Source: Octopus vulgaris
Lineage: Eukaryota
Assembly (NCBI GenBank): GCA_951406725.2
Contig: OX597825.1
Coordinates: 50,840,001 to 50,904,000 of the forward strand
Direction of reading: 5' to 3'
Length of the DNA: 64,000 nt
Shown: one piece after another, positions 12,975 through 25,385 of the stretch
Numbering within the stretch: position 1 is the stretch's first letter
How the letters are laid out: each line of letters starts with the position of its first letter
Notes under the pieces: generated by a model
The model's input: the letters and a program-made list of their open reading frames with translations, nothing else
The model's database searches: none
What the model was told of the DNA's origin: nothing
Translations under genes and position numbers: made by a program

Positions 12975-14742
12975 TAGTAAAAAGTGAAAAAACTACAGAA
13001 GGCTTGTTTTAAAAGGTTAAAAAATATATATTTGAGTCATTATGTCAGAAGAATGTTATAAATTTTTTTCATACAATGATATAGTTTTTGAAGAAATGAC
13101 CGGTTTTGCGTTCAGCTTTTGAAATTTCTTACATCGTTATGTTTTCGTTGAGAAGTGTAAAGGAGAGTTCCAGGTAAGGGGAGGTAATAAGTGATTTCTT
13201 CCGCTGTAAGGGAGATAATCGCTTAATATTTCTTGCGTTTTTGGTGGGGTGAGTTTCTCTGTATAAGAATGGTTAAATTTGGGCTTGTATTTTTCAATGA
13301 AGAATGTTTCCTTGTTTAGTCTAATTTGTGTTGGTGTTCCAATAGCACATTGGTAAAATGGAAAGATTAAAAATTGTGGTAGTAGTTGCTTTGCGCATTT
13401 CTCAATGTGCTCACTAAAGGGTATCATTCTGTATTCTGGGAATGCGATCTGTTGTCGATGCAGTGTGCATCTACGTCTGAGTGATAGTCCCGTGGACCCC
13501 ACGTAGTTTTGGTGGCAGCCCGAGCATCTCATGACATAGATTATGTTTTCAGAGGCACAAGTAATTTTAGATTTGATCTTGAATTTCTGTCCCTCTTTGA
13601 AGAGGAATTCTGATCCTTCTAGCAGGTTTGGACATGTTGCACAGTTCGGTCTACCACATTTTGTTACTTTTGCATCCGTAATTTCAGAAAACAATTTTGC
13701 CTTCGTGAGAATCTTTTTAAGTGATTTAGGTTGTTTGTAGCTTTTAATGATTTTGTGTATGTTTAGAATTTCCTTTAATTTGGGGTCCTTATGAAGTATT
13801 GGTAAATTCTGGGTGATGATGGTGAAGGCTTCTTTGTTTCTGGGGTTGTATGTGGATATGTAAGGTAGTATTTTCGGGGAAGGTGTGTTGTTGTGTTGAA
13901 CTTTTCTCAAAGTTTCTATGTTGATTTCTGTTGCACGTCTGATCCCATCCTCTATGAGTTGAGCTGGGTAATGCCTGTCAATTAGGGTGTTTTTGAGTTC
14001 TTGCAGTCTAAAGTTCCTGGTATTTTGTTCTGACACTATTGTGCATATCCTTCTTGCAAGGTTGAAGGGGATGTTTGTTTTAGTGTGTCTTGGGTGGCAT
14101 GAATCAAAAAGTAGGTATTGTTTGGCGTCTGTGACTTTGTAAAAAAGTCTGTTTCTATTTTAAGGTTAATTCTTTTAATTAGTATATCCAAGAATGGGAG
14201 CTCCTTTTGGTTGTATTCCATTGTGAACTGTATATTTGGGTTGATGCTGTTCAATAGGTTTTTGAATTTTAGGAGTTTATCTGTGTTTTCATTCCAGAGT
14301 ATAAAACAATCGTCCAGGAATCGTTTCCAATTCTCTTTTATGTATTGAGAGAGGGGTTTCCAAAGATTGATAAAGATTCCTGGTAAATGATTATTTCCAG
14401 GTAGCCCATTGTTAGGTTCGCAATGACTGGTGCTGCCCTTGTACCCATAGCAATTCCGGATTTTTGATGGTAAAATGTATTGTCAAACATGAAGTGGTTA
14501 TTATGTAGGATGAATTCAATTGATTTAGTAATGAATTCTTTACTGATCCTTTTTGGTATTTCTTCCGGAAATTGGTCCAACCAGAACTGTATTGTTTCTA
14601 GTCCATAATTATGAGGTATACTGGTATATAAGTTAACTACATCAAATGAAACCATGATTGTTTCTTCCTTGCCTTTTTTTTTGGAAGGTGATTTAACATA
14701 TCTAAGTCATCTCTGATATGGCTATCGATATGTTTAAGGAAG
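12975..14742 (-). mobile_element. Neptune-like Penelope-like retroelement, 5'-truncated: RT, thumb, Cys linker, GIY-YIG and 3' pLTR
   Basis: MVSFDVVNLYTSIPH, HQKSGIAMGT, WKRFLDD, IQFTME..LPFLD, DSCHPRHTK; linker KCGRPNCATC; EN NIIYVMRCSGCHQNYVGST..R..H; ORFs 14338-14655, 14036-14254 and 13137-14036 joined by frameshifts. Confidence 0.92.
13091..13130 (-). ncRNA. decayed minimal type I hammerhead ribozyme (U3-A8 type) in the 3' pLTR
   Basis: AAGAAAT-TTCAAAA-GC-TGAAC-GC-AAAA-CCGG-TC-ATTTCTT: 7-bp stem I and palindromic stem III intact; G5>C and G12>A changes predict inactivity. Confidence 0.6.
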
Positions 14743-15472
14743 GGTTTCAGGATATATATAACAGATATGTTATAATACTATTCCACAGCCATACCAACAA
14801 ATTATCATACCTCCATCATCAGCTGCCTCATGGATATCATTGTGGTTTCAACACCTGGGCAGTACCATTCCATCCGGCGGTGTCAGCAGCACTAAAATAA
14901 GTGTTGTTTGGAAACAAATAAACCAAATAAACCATTACCTACAAACACAATTACCCTATGTACAACCATATCGATAAATAAATTCAATAAGTAAAGTACA
15001 GCCACTCCTAAATACGTAACTAGATAACGAAAACTCTCTTAAGTGATACAAAAAATAATAATCCCTACCATTTTCCGTTGTGTAATATGTGTAATATTGA
15101 AGTAAAAGCTTAATAACCACATTATTTCAATCAAACAATATATAGGCAGTTTTGAACACTAACTTTAATAAAACTACTACATATACACACAAAAAAGTTA
15201 GAAGATATGAGATAAACATATATATATTTAATAAGTTGATGCCAACTGGGGAAAAATATATTTATCTCATACTTCCCGACTTTATTGTTTATTTACACCT
15301 AATCTAATAAGCTTCACTGACTGGATTTACTAGATTTCAAATGCATAAGGTCATACATTACATCTCACCGTATTGGTTTACTATTTGGTTTATAGCCTGG
15401 TCTACTAAAGAAACTCTTTTGTGTGTACTACTGGATTAATTAAATCGATATATTGTGCGTATTAAATATGCA

Positions 15473-15571
<99 letters not shown>

Positions 15572-15815
15572 CTTGTGCAAAGAATGATACCCCTCCCAAA
15601 TTCCAAATTTTCCCACTCTACCTATTTTCAGTGTATACCACAGATGACCCACGCATAAAGAAAAAAAAACACTTTCATGCAAAAGTACAAACCAAAACTT
15701 TAACTTTAACAGAGTCCATATACAAATAACTATTCACATACAAAACTCATTCTGCCACTTAACATGAGGAACATACACAGCTAACAACCTAAACTTTAGC
15801 CACTGGACTATATCT

Positions 15816-16744
15816 TTGGGTCATCCCATAAATAATGTGTTCTTTTTTCAATTGCATGAACAAAAATCGGAAGGGGACGGGATTAACTACCTGCATAAAC
15901 TTGCTATAAAAGCAGGTTGTAATTTTACCATGTATTTTTTCTTAGTGCAAGTTTTAAAGAGTGCAGTTCGATTTTAAGAGTTATTTTTTCAAAACCATAT
16001 TGGAAGTGGCAAAGGAGCATATTCGGCATATTTTCCCTTATGAGTTCAATAAAGGCAACAACGCAATGCAATATGTGGGGATTGGACAATAAGCATAAGC
16101 CAATGTCAACCGTGGTTCCAGAAATTCCGAGCCGGAAATTACAGCCTAGAAGACAAGCTTTGTCCTGGAAGATCTGTAGAGCTCGACGAGGACGTCCTGC
16201 AAATTGTGGGGGAAAAGAATCTCATCATAACTGTTGAAGAACTAGCAGAGAAGCTTGGATGTGGTCATTCAACCAGTCATTCAAGTCAGTGTTTGAAGGA
16301 AATCGATCATCTTTGGTTTCAAGACGAAAGATGTTCTTCCATCAGGAAAATGCTCAGCCACATACAGCGAGGATAACATTCCAAAGGCTGGAGCAGTTTG
16401 AATAAGAAAAGATGCTCCACCCACCATATTCGCTGGACTTTGCCCCATCTGATTACCATTTATTCCGCAGTCTTCAAAATCATTTGGACAGAGAAAATAT
16501 GTCGACAGAGAAAATATGTGGACAGAGAAAATATGTAGACGAGGTCACAACAGTATTACATGAGTATTTTTCGTCACGGAGATGTTAATTTTGGGAGAGG
16601 AGCCTTGCAAGTCTACCATGTAGGTGGAAGATCATTGTAGAAAATGAAAGAGAGTATATTTTAGTTTAAAAAAGAACTTTGTTTATCTTAATTTTGAAAA
16701 ATAAAAGAAGTATAAAAAACCTCATCATTTATGGAATGACTCAA
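15816..16744 (+). mobile_element. internally deleted mariner transposon fossil with TIRs
   Basis: TIRs TTGGGTCATCCCATAAATAATG / CATCATTTATGGAATGACTCAA then TA; HIRHIFPYEFNKGNNA, WFQKFRAGNYSLED, HQENAQPH, HPPYSLDFAPSDYHLFRSLQNHL; 16-bp triplication GACAGAGAAAATATGT near 16487-16540. Confidence 0.88.
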
Positions 16745-17227
16745 TACAAACTACTTCTGTCCAATCTACAACCAGGCAGATTAAATTTAGAGAGCCTTGA
16801 TTGTAACTGAACATGATCACTCAACTGTGTCGGCCTTCATTTTAGGTGCCAAACGTACTATCACATGACACTAACGCACGGACGTAGAGCGAAACGTACA
16901 AAAGGTTCTAAACTCAATCACGCGTTCATTCTCTACAAACACTTGACAGAAAGCCTTCAGATCATTGATTGTTTGGTACTGTCACTAAACATGCTTAGTC
17001 AACCGTGCCAGCCTTAACTTACGACGCCAAACATTGTCACTTGATACAGACGTAGCGGGGAATCTACAAACATTTCAATGACCAATCATGTGACTAACCT
17101 CTACCAATCAAATCCTATTCAAAACATACTAATTTGAGCCATGAACTCCCTACAGAAATAGAGTAAGCTTCAAACACTGGTCCGAAGCAAGTGAGCTGCG
17201 ACATAAGTCACGTCTTTTTATCTCAAC

Positions 17228-17264
17228 TTTTTGAAAATCAGTGTAAACTGTGAAACCGGCTAAA
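17228..17264 (+). ncRNA. decayed minimal hammerhead motif (U3-A8 type)
   Basis: TTT-TTGAAAA-T-CAGT-GTAA-ACTG-T-GAAA-CCGG-CT-AAA; stem II closed by a GNRA loop; U16.1 mutated. Confidence 0.45.
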
Positions 17265-17329
17265 TATTTAAATGTAATAATAAAAAAAAATATTTAAACT
17301 ATTCTCAGTGCGTTTTCAACTTCTTTTTT

Positions 17330-17430
17330 ATCAAGCAAGTGTTGTTTTAGTTTGACGCTTGGGAACGTGAGAAAGTCTTTTACATTTCGAGCCTACGCTC
17401 TTCAACATAAGAGAACACGAGGAAATAAAC
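17330..17430 (-). mobile_element. PLE pseudo-LTR fragment with hammerhead-like core
   Basis: Minus strand TTGAAGAGCGTAGGCTCGAAATGTAAAAGACTTTCTCAC, homologous to 38700-38790 and more weakly to 10930-11000. Confidence 0.55.
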
Positions 17431-17533
17431 ATAGAGAGAATAATACATATGTATATACATACACACAAACACACAGACACACACACACACAACACACACA
17501 CACACACACACATACACACATACACACACACAG

Positions 17534-17590
<57 letters not shown>

Positions 17591-17648
17591 GCTCGGAGTT
17601 TATCGGTGCGACACCAATGGTCACTCTCTGACCAGACATAGTAACCTA

Positions 17649-17679
<31 letters not shown>

Positions 17680-19543
17680 CTTGTATGTATGTATATAATG
17701 GCATTGCCACATGGCAATAGCACTGATTAATATATATTACACTCTGTTTGAAAGGAAATATTAAGCACTAATTTATTGTCTTAAATCAGATTGGTTATTT
17801 GGATACAAATTACGTGATGCTTTTCAATATACCTTTGAGTCACACACATTTTGCCTATTAACACAAAGTTTTATGTCTCTAATAATTAAATATCAATTCA
17901 TATTGAAAATCGTCCTTGAAGCAAGCAACAACACACAGCTATAAAATAAAGGAGATGGGTGATGTGATGATGGACAAACTCAAGGTTTGCTTTTAAGAAA
18001 CTCCCCAGACATTAGAATAATTATTCGTGTGTGTATATGCGTGTGTGTTATATTTATACATATATGTATGCATGTATGTATGTATATATGTATGTGTGTG
18101 TGTGCATGTACGGGTGTACACATATATATATATGACTTTCTATCCACCTATATACCTATCTATCTGTCTAAATATCTATCTATCCGCAGAGGCGCGCGCA
18201 TACATATGCGCAGACATATGTACACACCTACACATACACACGCACACACACATACATGCGCGCACACACACACACTCACATCACAGTACTTTCATCATAT
18301 ATTGCTAGCCATCTTTGATTTATTTCAAAAGAAGTGTTTGATTTTTTCGTTAGTTTATTTTTTTCAATAATCGATCTTTGGTGACATTTATAACAGCGTG
18401 GAGCAAAATTGAATCATTTTCTTAAAATCATTCTACTTTGATGTATTCTCTCTCTCTCTCTCTCACTTTCTCTCTTTCTATCTCTCCTTCTCTCTCTCTC
18501 TCACTCTTTCCTTCCTCCCTTTCTTCTTTCTTTCTTTTAAATAGGAGCAAACATTGTAATTAAACTGTAGTATTAGGTCAAGTTAGTCAATGGCTGACCT
18601 ACAAGAGTACAATATCGTTCAGACCTTTGCAAATCTTTCTAATTATTTTTTATTTTTCTAAAATAAGTTAAAGAGTGCGCCAGCAGGAAGTTTATATTGT
18701 CTCCTAATTGCCTTTCGAAATAATCTGACGTTTTTTCACCCTTCAAATTTCTAGCCTATTTTAATTGATGCACAATTGTTACATAGATGTATTATTTTGC
18801 AGATATTGCAAGAAGAAACTCTATTTATTGTCTTTAAAAGCCAAAATTTGAATTAATTATTTTCATTATTTCAAACATCAGAATACATTTAACTCTATTG
18901 TCTTATCTTGTAGCTGCTTTCTAGCAAAATCCTATAAGTAATGTATACTTATATCTAGTTAGAAAATGTAAAGCTTCTATAAATTGTCTTGGATTATTAG
19001 TTCAGGGTCAGCAATTTCTAGGGAATACTAATTCAATTACATCGACTCTTGTGCTCGGCTGATACTTATTTTATCGACCCTAAAATGATGAAAAGCAAAG
19101 TCAACCTCGGTAGAATTTGAACACAGAACGTAAAGACGAATGAAATGTCGCTATGCATTTTGTCCGGCGTGCTCACCACCTTACCAGCAAAAACAGCAAC
19201 AACAATAATGATAATAATTCTGTCTTTTATCGGCACAAGGCGTGAGATTTCGAAAGAGAGGCCAGTCGATTGAATCAGCTTCAATGCTCCACTGGTACTC
19301 ATTTCACAGACAGAAAAATCGACCTCGTCGGAATTTGATATCAGAACATAAAGACGAAATATCACTAAGTAATTTGTCCGGCGTTCTAATGATTCTGCCA
19401 CCTCTCTACATTTAATAATTCCTTTTACAATAGGCACAAAGCCGAGAAGTGTGGGAGACGGAGTCTCGGTTGTATCAACCCCAGCACTCTACACTGTCGA
19501 CTCCGAAAGGATGAAATTTTTACTCAGAACTAAGTCTTTGCCG

Positions 19544-19607
<64 letters not shown>

Positions 19608-19638
19608 CACCACCACCACCACCACTACCACCACCACC

Positions 19639-19710
<72 letters not shown>
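19544..19710. repeat. compound microsatellite (CTA)n(CCA)n(CTA)n
   Basis: Read directly; source of the poly-Leu/Pro ORF 19451-19909. Confidence 0.95.
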
Positions 19711-19712
<2 letters not shown>

Positions 19713-20338
19713 AGGGAGTGACGACCCTGCCTGACATGAATCCCGAGCTCAGCTGGCACCGGCTGACAATACCCAGTATGGGCCCCTATTCAGTGTTACA
19801 GAAAGGTGACAAACTTCAAAGAAATCCGGAGTGGAGCCCCGTAGGCAATTTAGTGTTCGATTCAACACTGTTCCGGCAGCTCCTGCTATCAAGCTGGTGC
19901 CAAACGTAATGCTCTTCACTCCTTTGGACTACGTCAGCAAGGTCGAGAGAGGAATCCTGATGATTGGGCTACCCAGGATTTTCTTACATCTAGCTCAGGT
20001 CTGCGCAGAGCTGGAGAGGAAACTGGAGAGGACATGAAATATAAAAACCAGACTGGACTAGTTTATGCGCAACTCCATTGTTTCCCGAGACAAAAATATG
20101 CCAACAACAACAATAATATTAATAACAATCCAGTCTACTATAGGCACGAGGCCTGGATTTTTGTGGAGTGGAGGACAGTCGATCACAACGACTCAAGTAT
20201 TTGCCTGGTACTTAATTTATCGGCTCCGGAAGAATGAAACCAAAGTCGACCGCGGCGGAATTTGAACTCAGAACATAACAATAGGCGAAATACCGGTAAG
20301 CATTTTTTCCCGGCGTGCTAAAGATTCTACCATATTGC

Positions 20339-20404
<66 letters not shown>

Positions 20405-20405
<1 letters not shown>

Positions 20406-20955
20406 GCCCTGATGCGGTACCAGGCAGTGGCTCTCATGGCTTCTGATCTTAACTGATTAGAAGTTTTATCATGTATGTTGTTTTAAAAATAAAAGATAGG
20501 CTAAAGCAAATATTCTGCTCAATACCACAGATTTGCTTGCCAGTTGTTTGACCTTAACCAGTTGAGCATGTCCCTAAGTGGCTGACGATATGTGGATCTC
20601 TGATCACGAGCAGAAGTAGTGGGGGAGCATCATAGCCATGTGTTGAGAGGGATTCTTTGGGGTTTGAATAATTCACCTCTGGAAACATGGGTGTTTCATT
20701 CAACACCCTTAAACAACCCTTATTCAGGAACCTTTTGAGCAGGATGGGTTACTCGACCAGAAGAAAATTCTAAGTGGGCCCCACCTGCAAGGTCATGTGC
20801 TGTTTATCTTGATAGGAGATCACCATGTAACGCACATATGGTTGTGATGCATGTGCCTAATGTACGCTTATCAGAGGGGTAGTCATGATGGGTATACTGG
20901 GCTTCGTATATTTTACCCCAGTGTCACTTTGTTGGCATGCACTGCTCTCTCACTC
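20405..20955. mobile_element. ~550-bp non-coding element in (AAT)n, copy 1
   Basis: TGCCCTGATGC...CTGCTCTCTCACTC flanked on both sides by (AAT)n; near-identical to 21906-22454. Confidence 0.85.
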
Positions 20956-21004
<49 letters not shown>

Positions 21005-21580
21005 TTAATCCTTTCTACAATAGGCACAACGCCTTGAAGTTTTGCGGGAGGGGACTAGTCGATTACATCGACTTCATTGCGTAACTGGTACTTAATTTAT
21101 CAACCGCGAAAGGATGAAAGGCAAAGTCAACTTCAGCGAAATTGAACTCAGAACGTAGCGGCAAACGAAATACTGCTAGACATTTCGACCGGCATGCTAA
21201 CGTTTCTTATTTCTTTATTACCCACAAGGGGCTATACATAGAGGAGACAAACAAGGACAGACGAAGGGATTAAATCGATTACATCGATCCCAGTACGTAA
21301 ATGGTACTTAATTTATCGACCCCGTAACGGAAGACGAAATACCTATTTCTTTACTATCCACAAGGGACTAAATACAGAGAAGACAAACAAGGACAGACAA
21401 ACGGATTAAGTCAATTATATCGACATCAGTGCGTAATCGACCCCGAAAGGATAAAAGGCAAAGTCGACCTCGGTGGAATTTGAAATCAGAACGTATTGGC
21501 AGACGAAATACCGCTAAGCATTTCGCCCGCCCTGCTAACACTTCTGCCAGCTCACCGCCTTAATAATAATAATGATAACG

Positions 21581-21669
<89 letters not shown>

Positions 21670-21818
21670 TCTTTCTACTGGAAGCCCAAGGCCACAAATT
21701 TGGGAGAAGGGATTAAGTCGATTACATCGACCCCAGAGCGTAACTGGTACTTATTTAACCGACCCCAAAAGGATGAAAGGCAAAGTCGTGCTAAAGATTC
21801 TGCCAGCTCGCTGCCTTA

Positions 21819-21905
<87 letters not shown>

Positions 21906-21907
<2 letters not shown>

Positions 21908-22454
21908 GATGCAGTACCAGGCAGTGGCTCTCATGGCTTCTGATCTTAACTGATTGGAGGTGTTATCATGTACATTGTTTTGTCTTGGTATAAAAGATGG
22001 GCTACACAAATATTCTGCTCAATACCACAGATTTGCTTGTCAGTTGTTTGACCTTAACCAGTTGAGCATGTCCCTTAGTGGCTGACGATATGTGCATCTC
22101 TGATCACGAGCAGAAGTAGTGGGGGAGCATCATAGCCATGTGTGGAGAGGGATTCTTTGGGGTTTGAATAATTCCCCTCTGGAAACATGGGTGGTTCTTT
22201 CAGCATCCTTAAACAACTCTTATTCAGGGACCCTTTGAGCGGATGGTCTACTCAACCTGAAGAAAATTCTAACTGGGCCCCACCTGCAAGGTCATGTGCT
22301 GTTTATCTTGATATGAGATCACCATCTCGCGCGCATATGGTTGTAATGCATGTGCCTGGTGTACCCTTATCAGACGGGTAGTCATGATGGGTATATTGGG
22401 CTTCGTATATTTTACCCCAGTGTCACTTTGATGGCATGAACTGCTCTCTCACTC
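21906..22454. mobile_element. ~550-bp non-coding element in (AAT)n, copy 2
   Basis: Colinear with copy 1 at an offset of ~1500 bp; same ends and (AAT)n flanks. Confidence 0.85.
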
Positions 22455-22759
22455 AATAATAATAATAATAATGATAATAATAATAATAATTTTTAAAAGG
22501 ATTGATGTAACTCTTCACAAAGGAAAATAGTAAAGACGAAGAGCGCAATTTGATTGTAATAGATAGTTTATTGGTTGAATGATATTTCAATAGTACGTCT
22601 GTCTTTGTCAAGTTCAATATAAGAAGTGATAAAAATTCAAAATTATTGAAATTTGAATTAAAATATGAACGAGAGCAACCAGCGTCCACATGTTGATGGA
22701 ATGACATCATCAGACTTTAAGTTTCAATTTTATAACAGGCGAAAAGAAAAAGCCGTGCC

Positions 22760-23515
22760 GAGAACTGATTTTTGGTAACCATGGATGTTACGTCCTTATA
22801 TCCCAATATTGACTACGACGAAGGGATAGAAGCATGCACGGATGCCTTCGAAAAACGGTCAAACAAAAGTATTCCATCAAATTTTCTCTGTAGAGTATTG
22901 AGATTTGTGTTACAAAGTAACACAATGAAATTTGGACAAATATTTTACCACCAGACGAAGAGTTGCACCATGGGTACCCCATGGCAGTTAATTTCGCTAA
23001 TGTCTTCATGACGAAATTCGAGACTCAGTTATTGAAGACATTCAAATCCCTTCATGGTCATGAACCAATACTCTAGCTTCGGTTTATTGATGACGTAATT
23101 TTTGTCTGTGAGGGATCACAGGACAGTTTAATGGACTTCTTGCAATTCTGTGACTGTTATGCTAAAAACTATGGCTTTAAGTCCAACATAAGATCTATGA
23201 CTAGTTTTTCAAAAACTAGCGTTGAATTTTTGGACACAAAAGTTAAGTTTTCTGGAGGCAGAATAGTGATAGAGTTATTTTGCGAGCTTACATCATCCCA
23301 GATTTATCTCCACCGTCGCTCCGATCATCCACATCATATTATTCGGTCAAATCCCAAATCTCAATTGTTGAGGATAAAATGGATTTGTAGTGACATAGGG
23401 GATTACTGAAAACATGCAAATGCTTTTGTACATCCTTATATCAAACGAGGTTACAGTGAACCCCGATTAAAGGAAGTAGCAAATGAAATAGCTAAGATTA
23501 TCTAAGAAAGCAAAC
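22760..23515 (+). mobile_element. Penelope-like element RT fragment (Neptune-like), pseudogenised
   Basis: VTMDVTSLYPNIDYDEGI, YHQTKSCTMGTP, ANVFMTKFE, RFIDD, VEFLDT, YLHRRSDHPHH..PKSQLLRI..ICS, KRGY. Confidence 0.9.
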
Positions 23516-23825
23516 CTTGAGAGATCTGAAAAATGGTCTAAACATAAGCCAAAGGGAGTAATGGAAAACGAACATTGCAAAATACTCTGGGATTTTAACA
23601 GGGAGTGCGGCCAAGTCACAGAGTCAAGACGACCAGACACCGAGCTATCCATAAAGATGACAAAGAAGTGAAGATAATAGATGATGAACGAAGATGAAAT
23701 ATAAGGAAACTGAAAAGATTGAGAAATACCAGCCACTGCAGGATGAGATAGGAAAGTTATGGGGCAAGAGGAAAGTAATAATGATATCGGTGGTAATTGG
23801 ATCATTAGGAGCAGTTTCCAAGGTA
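23515..23825 (+). mobile_element. R4/Dong-like non-LTR retrotransposon restriction-like endonuclease fragment
   Basis: W.KHKPKGVMENEHCKILWDF..RRPD..KETEKIEKYQPLQDEIGKLW..VVIGSLGAV; ILWDF, RPD, K..KY and V.GALG motifs of R4-clade RLE. Confidence 0.8.
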
Positions 23826-24170
23826 GTCCCAACCCAATTCTCCCATCTCGATTTTTTAACATTCAGGAGATTCTCCCCCGCCCCCACGTCTGTATATATA
23901 CAGGCCAGAATCCACCATCAATCCAAGCCTGGTAGGACACCTTGCACTGTAATTCGTACTGCTCTTCTTCCCGAGTATGTTGGGAAGAGGGCGATTTCTT
24001 CGGTGCGACGTGTGGCCACAGAGCTCTGTATCACCTGCCCCTTGGCCCTAAAAAGGACCTCTACTCCGTTGTACTGCCTCGCTCTTGCAATATGGCGGAT
24101 ATCCTGCCATACATCTTTCAAGGCTTTTTCCATCTGTTTCCCACTTCTAACTCCATAGTCTCTTCGCAGC
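23826..24170 (-). mobile_element. GC-richer coding-like fragment, possibly LINE ORF1
   Basis: MEKALKDVWQDIRHIARARQYNGVEVLF..LFPTYSGRRAVRITVQGVLPGLD; family not recognised with certainty. Confidence 0.3.
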
Positions 24171-24659
24171 AGTTACTTTCAGAGTTGTTCGTGCTACTAC
24201 AATTTCCATGTAGTAAGGAAGGCTTTACTCCTTCCTTCCTCTCACCTTCTTCTTCTTCTTCTTCTTCTTCTTCTTCTTCTTCTTTTTCTTCTTCTCTTCT
24301 TCTTCTTCTTCTTCTTCTTCTTCTCCTTCTTCTTCTGCTGCTGCTGCTGCCAATCATGGTGGGGAGGACGGGAAGTCCTCGTCCAAATTGCCGTACCACC
24401 TTCTTTCCACAATTCCGTTTTTCGTTGACATGTTCAATGTTTACTTCCATCGAAGTAAATTTGCGAAGAAATAAAAAATAAAAAAAGGTTTGTATCACCC
24501 CCAAAATGGGGTTTTGGCTAACAAAGTCAGCACCCTCCCATCAGAAAGGAAGCTGCCTTTCAAAACGAGGCAAACAACAAAATACAGCAAAAGACATTTT
24601 AAACAAGTGAATTAGTCATAAACTTAGAGCGCTCGAAAAACACATCTCCAGTTATAGCG

Positions 24660-24950
<291 letters not shown>

Positions 24951-24954
24951 GCTC

Positions 24955-25385
24955 CCAATTTTGGCACAAGGCCATCAACTTTAGGGGAGGGGCAAGTAGA
25001 TTACATCGACCCCAGTGTTCAACTAATACTTATTTTATCGACCTGGATTTCATCGGGATTTGCTCACGGAATGTAAAGACGGTTCAAATGCCGCTATGGA
25101 TTACGTCTGCATACTAACGATTCTGCCAGGTCACCGATAGTTACTTTTTCAATATTTCTATAACTACTAAGGTGGTGAGCTAGCAGAATCGTTAGCACAC
25201 CAGACAAAACTCTTAGCAGCATTTCCACCATCCTTAGTTCAAATTCCGCCGACGTCGACTTTACCTTTCTTCCTTTCAGGGTCGGTAAAAGAAAGTACTT
25301 GTTGAGTACTGAGGCCGATGTAATCGACTTAATCACTTCTCCGAAATAACTGGCCTTGTGCCAATATTTGAAACCAATATTTCTA
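24955..25385. mobile_element. two SINE family B copies head to head (minus 24955-25135, plus 25168-25385)
   Basis: Plus head AAGGTGGTGAGCTAGCAGAATCGTTAGCAC..GTTCAAATTCCGCCGACGTCGACTTTACCTTT; the minus copy ends at CTAACGATTCTGCCAGGTCACC. Confidence 0.75.

Larger units (their letters stand above)
19015..21818 (-). mobile_element. cluster of about 7 co-oriented SINE family B copies, interleaved with (AAT)n and other inserts
   Basis: Repeated GGTACTTAATTTATCGACCCCGAAAGGATGAAAGGCAAAGTCGACCTCGG..GAATTTGAACTCAGAAC..CTGCCAGCTC at ~19015, 19215, 19415, 20135, 21007, 21205 (internally duplicated) and 21668; GTTCAAATTCC B box on the minus strand. Confidence 0.85.

Noticed and set aside
19710-20100. 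GC-richer coding-like stretch (ORFs 19451-19909 and 19831-20037)
   Set aside because: No recognisable domain; probably a TE fragment but it cannot be assigned by eye
19015-22454. CRISPR-like repeat-spacer array
   Set aside because: Repeats are irregular SINE copies and microsatellites in eukaryotic DNA; no constant repeat or spacer length and no cas genes
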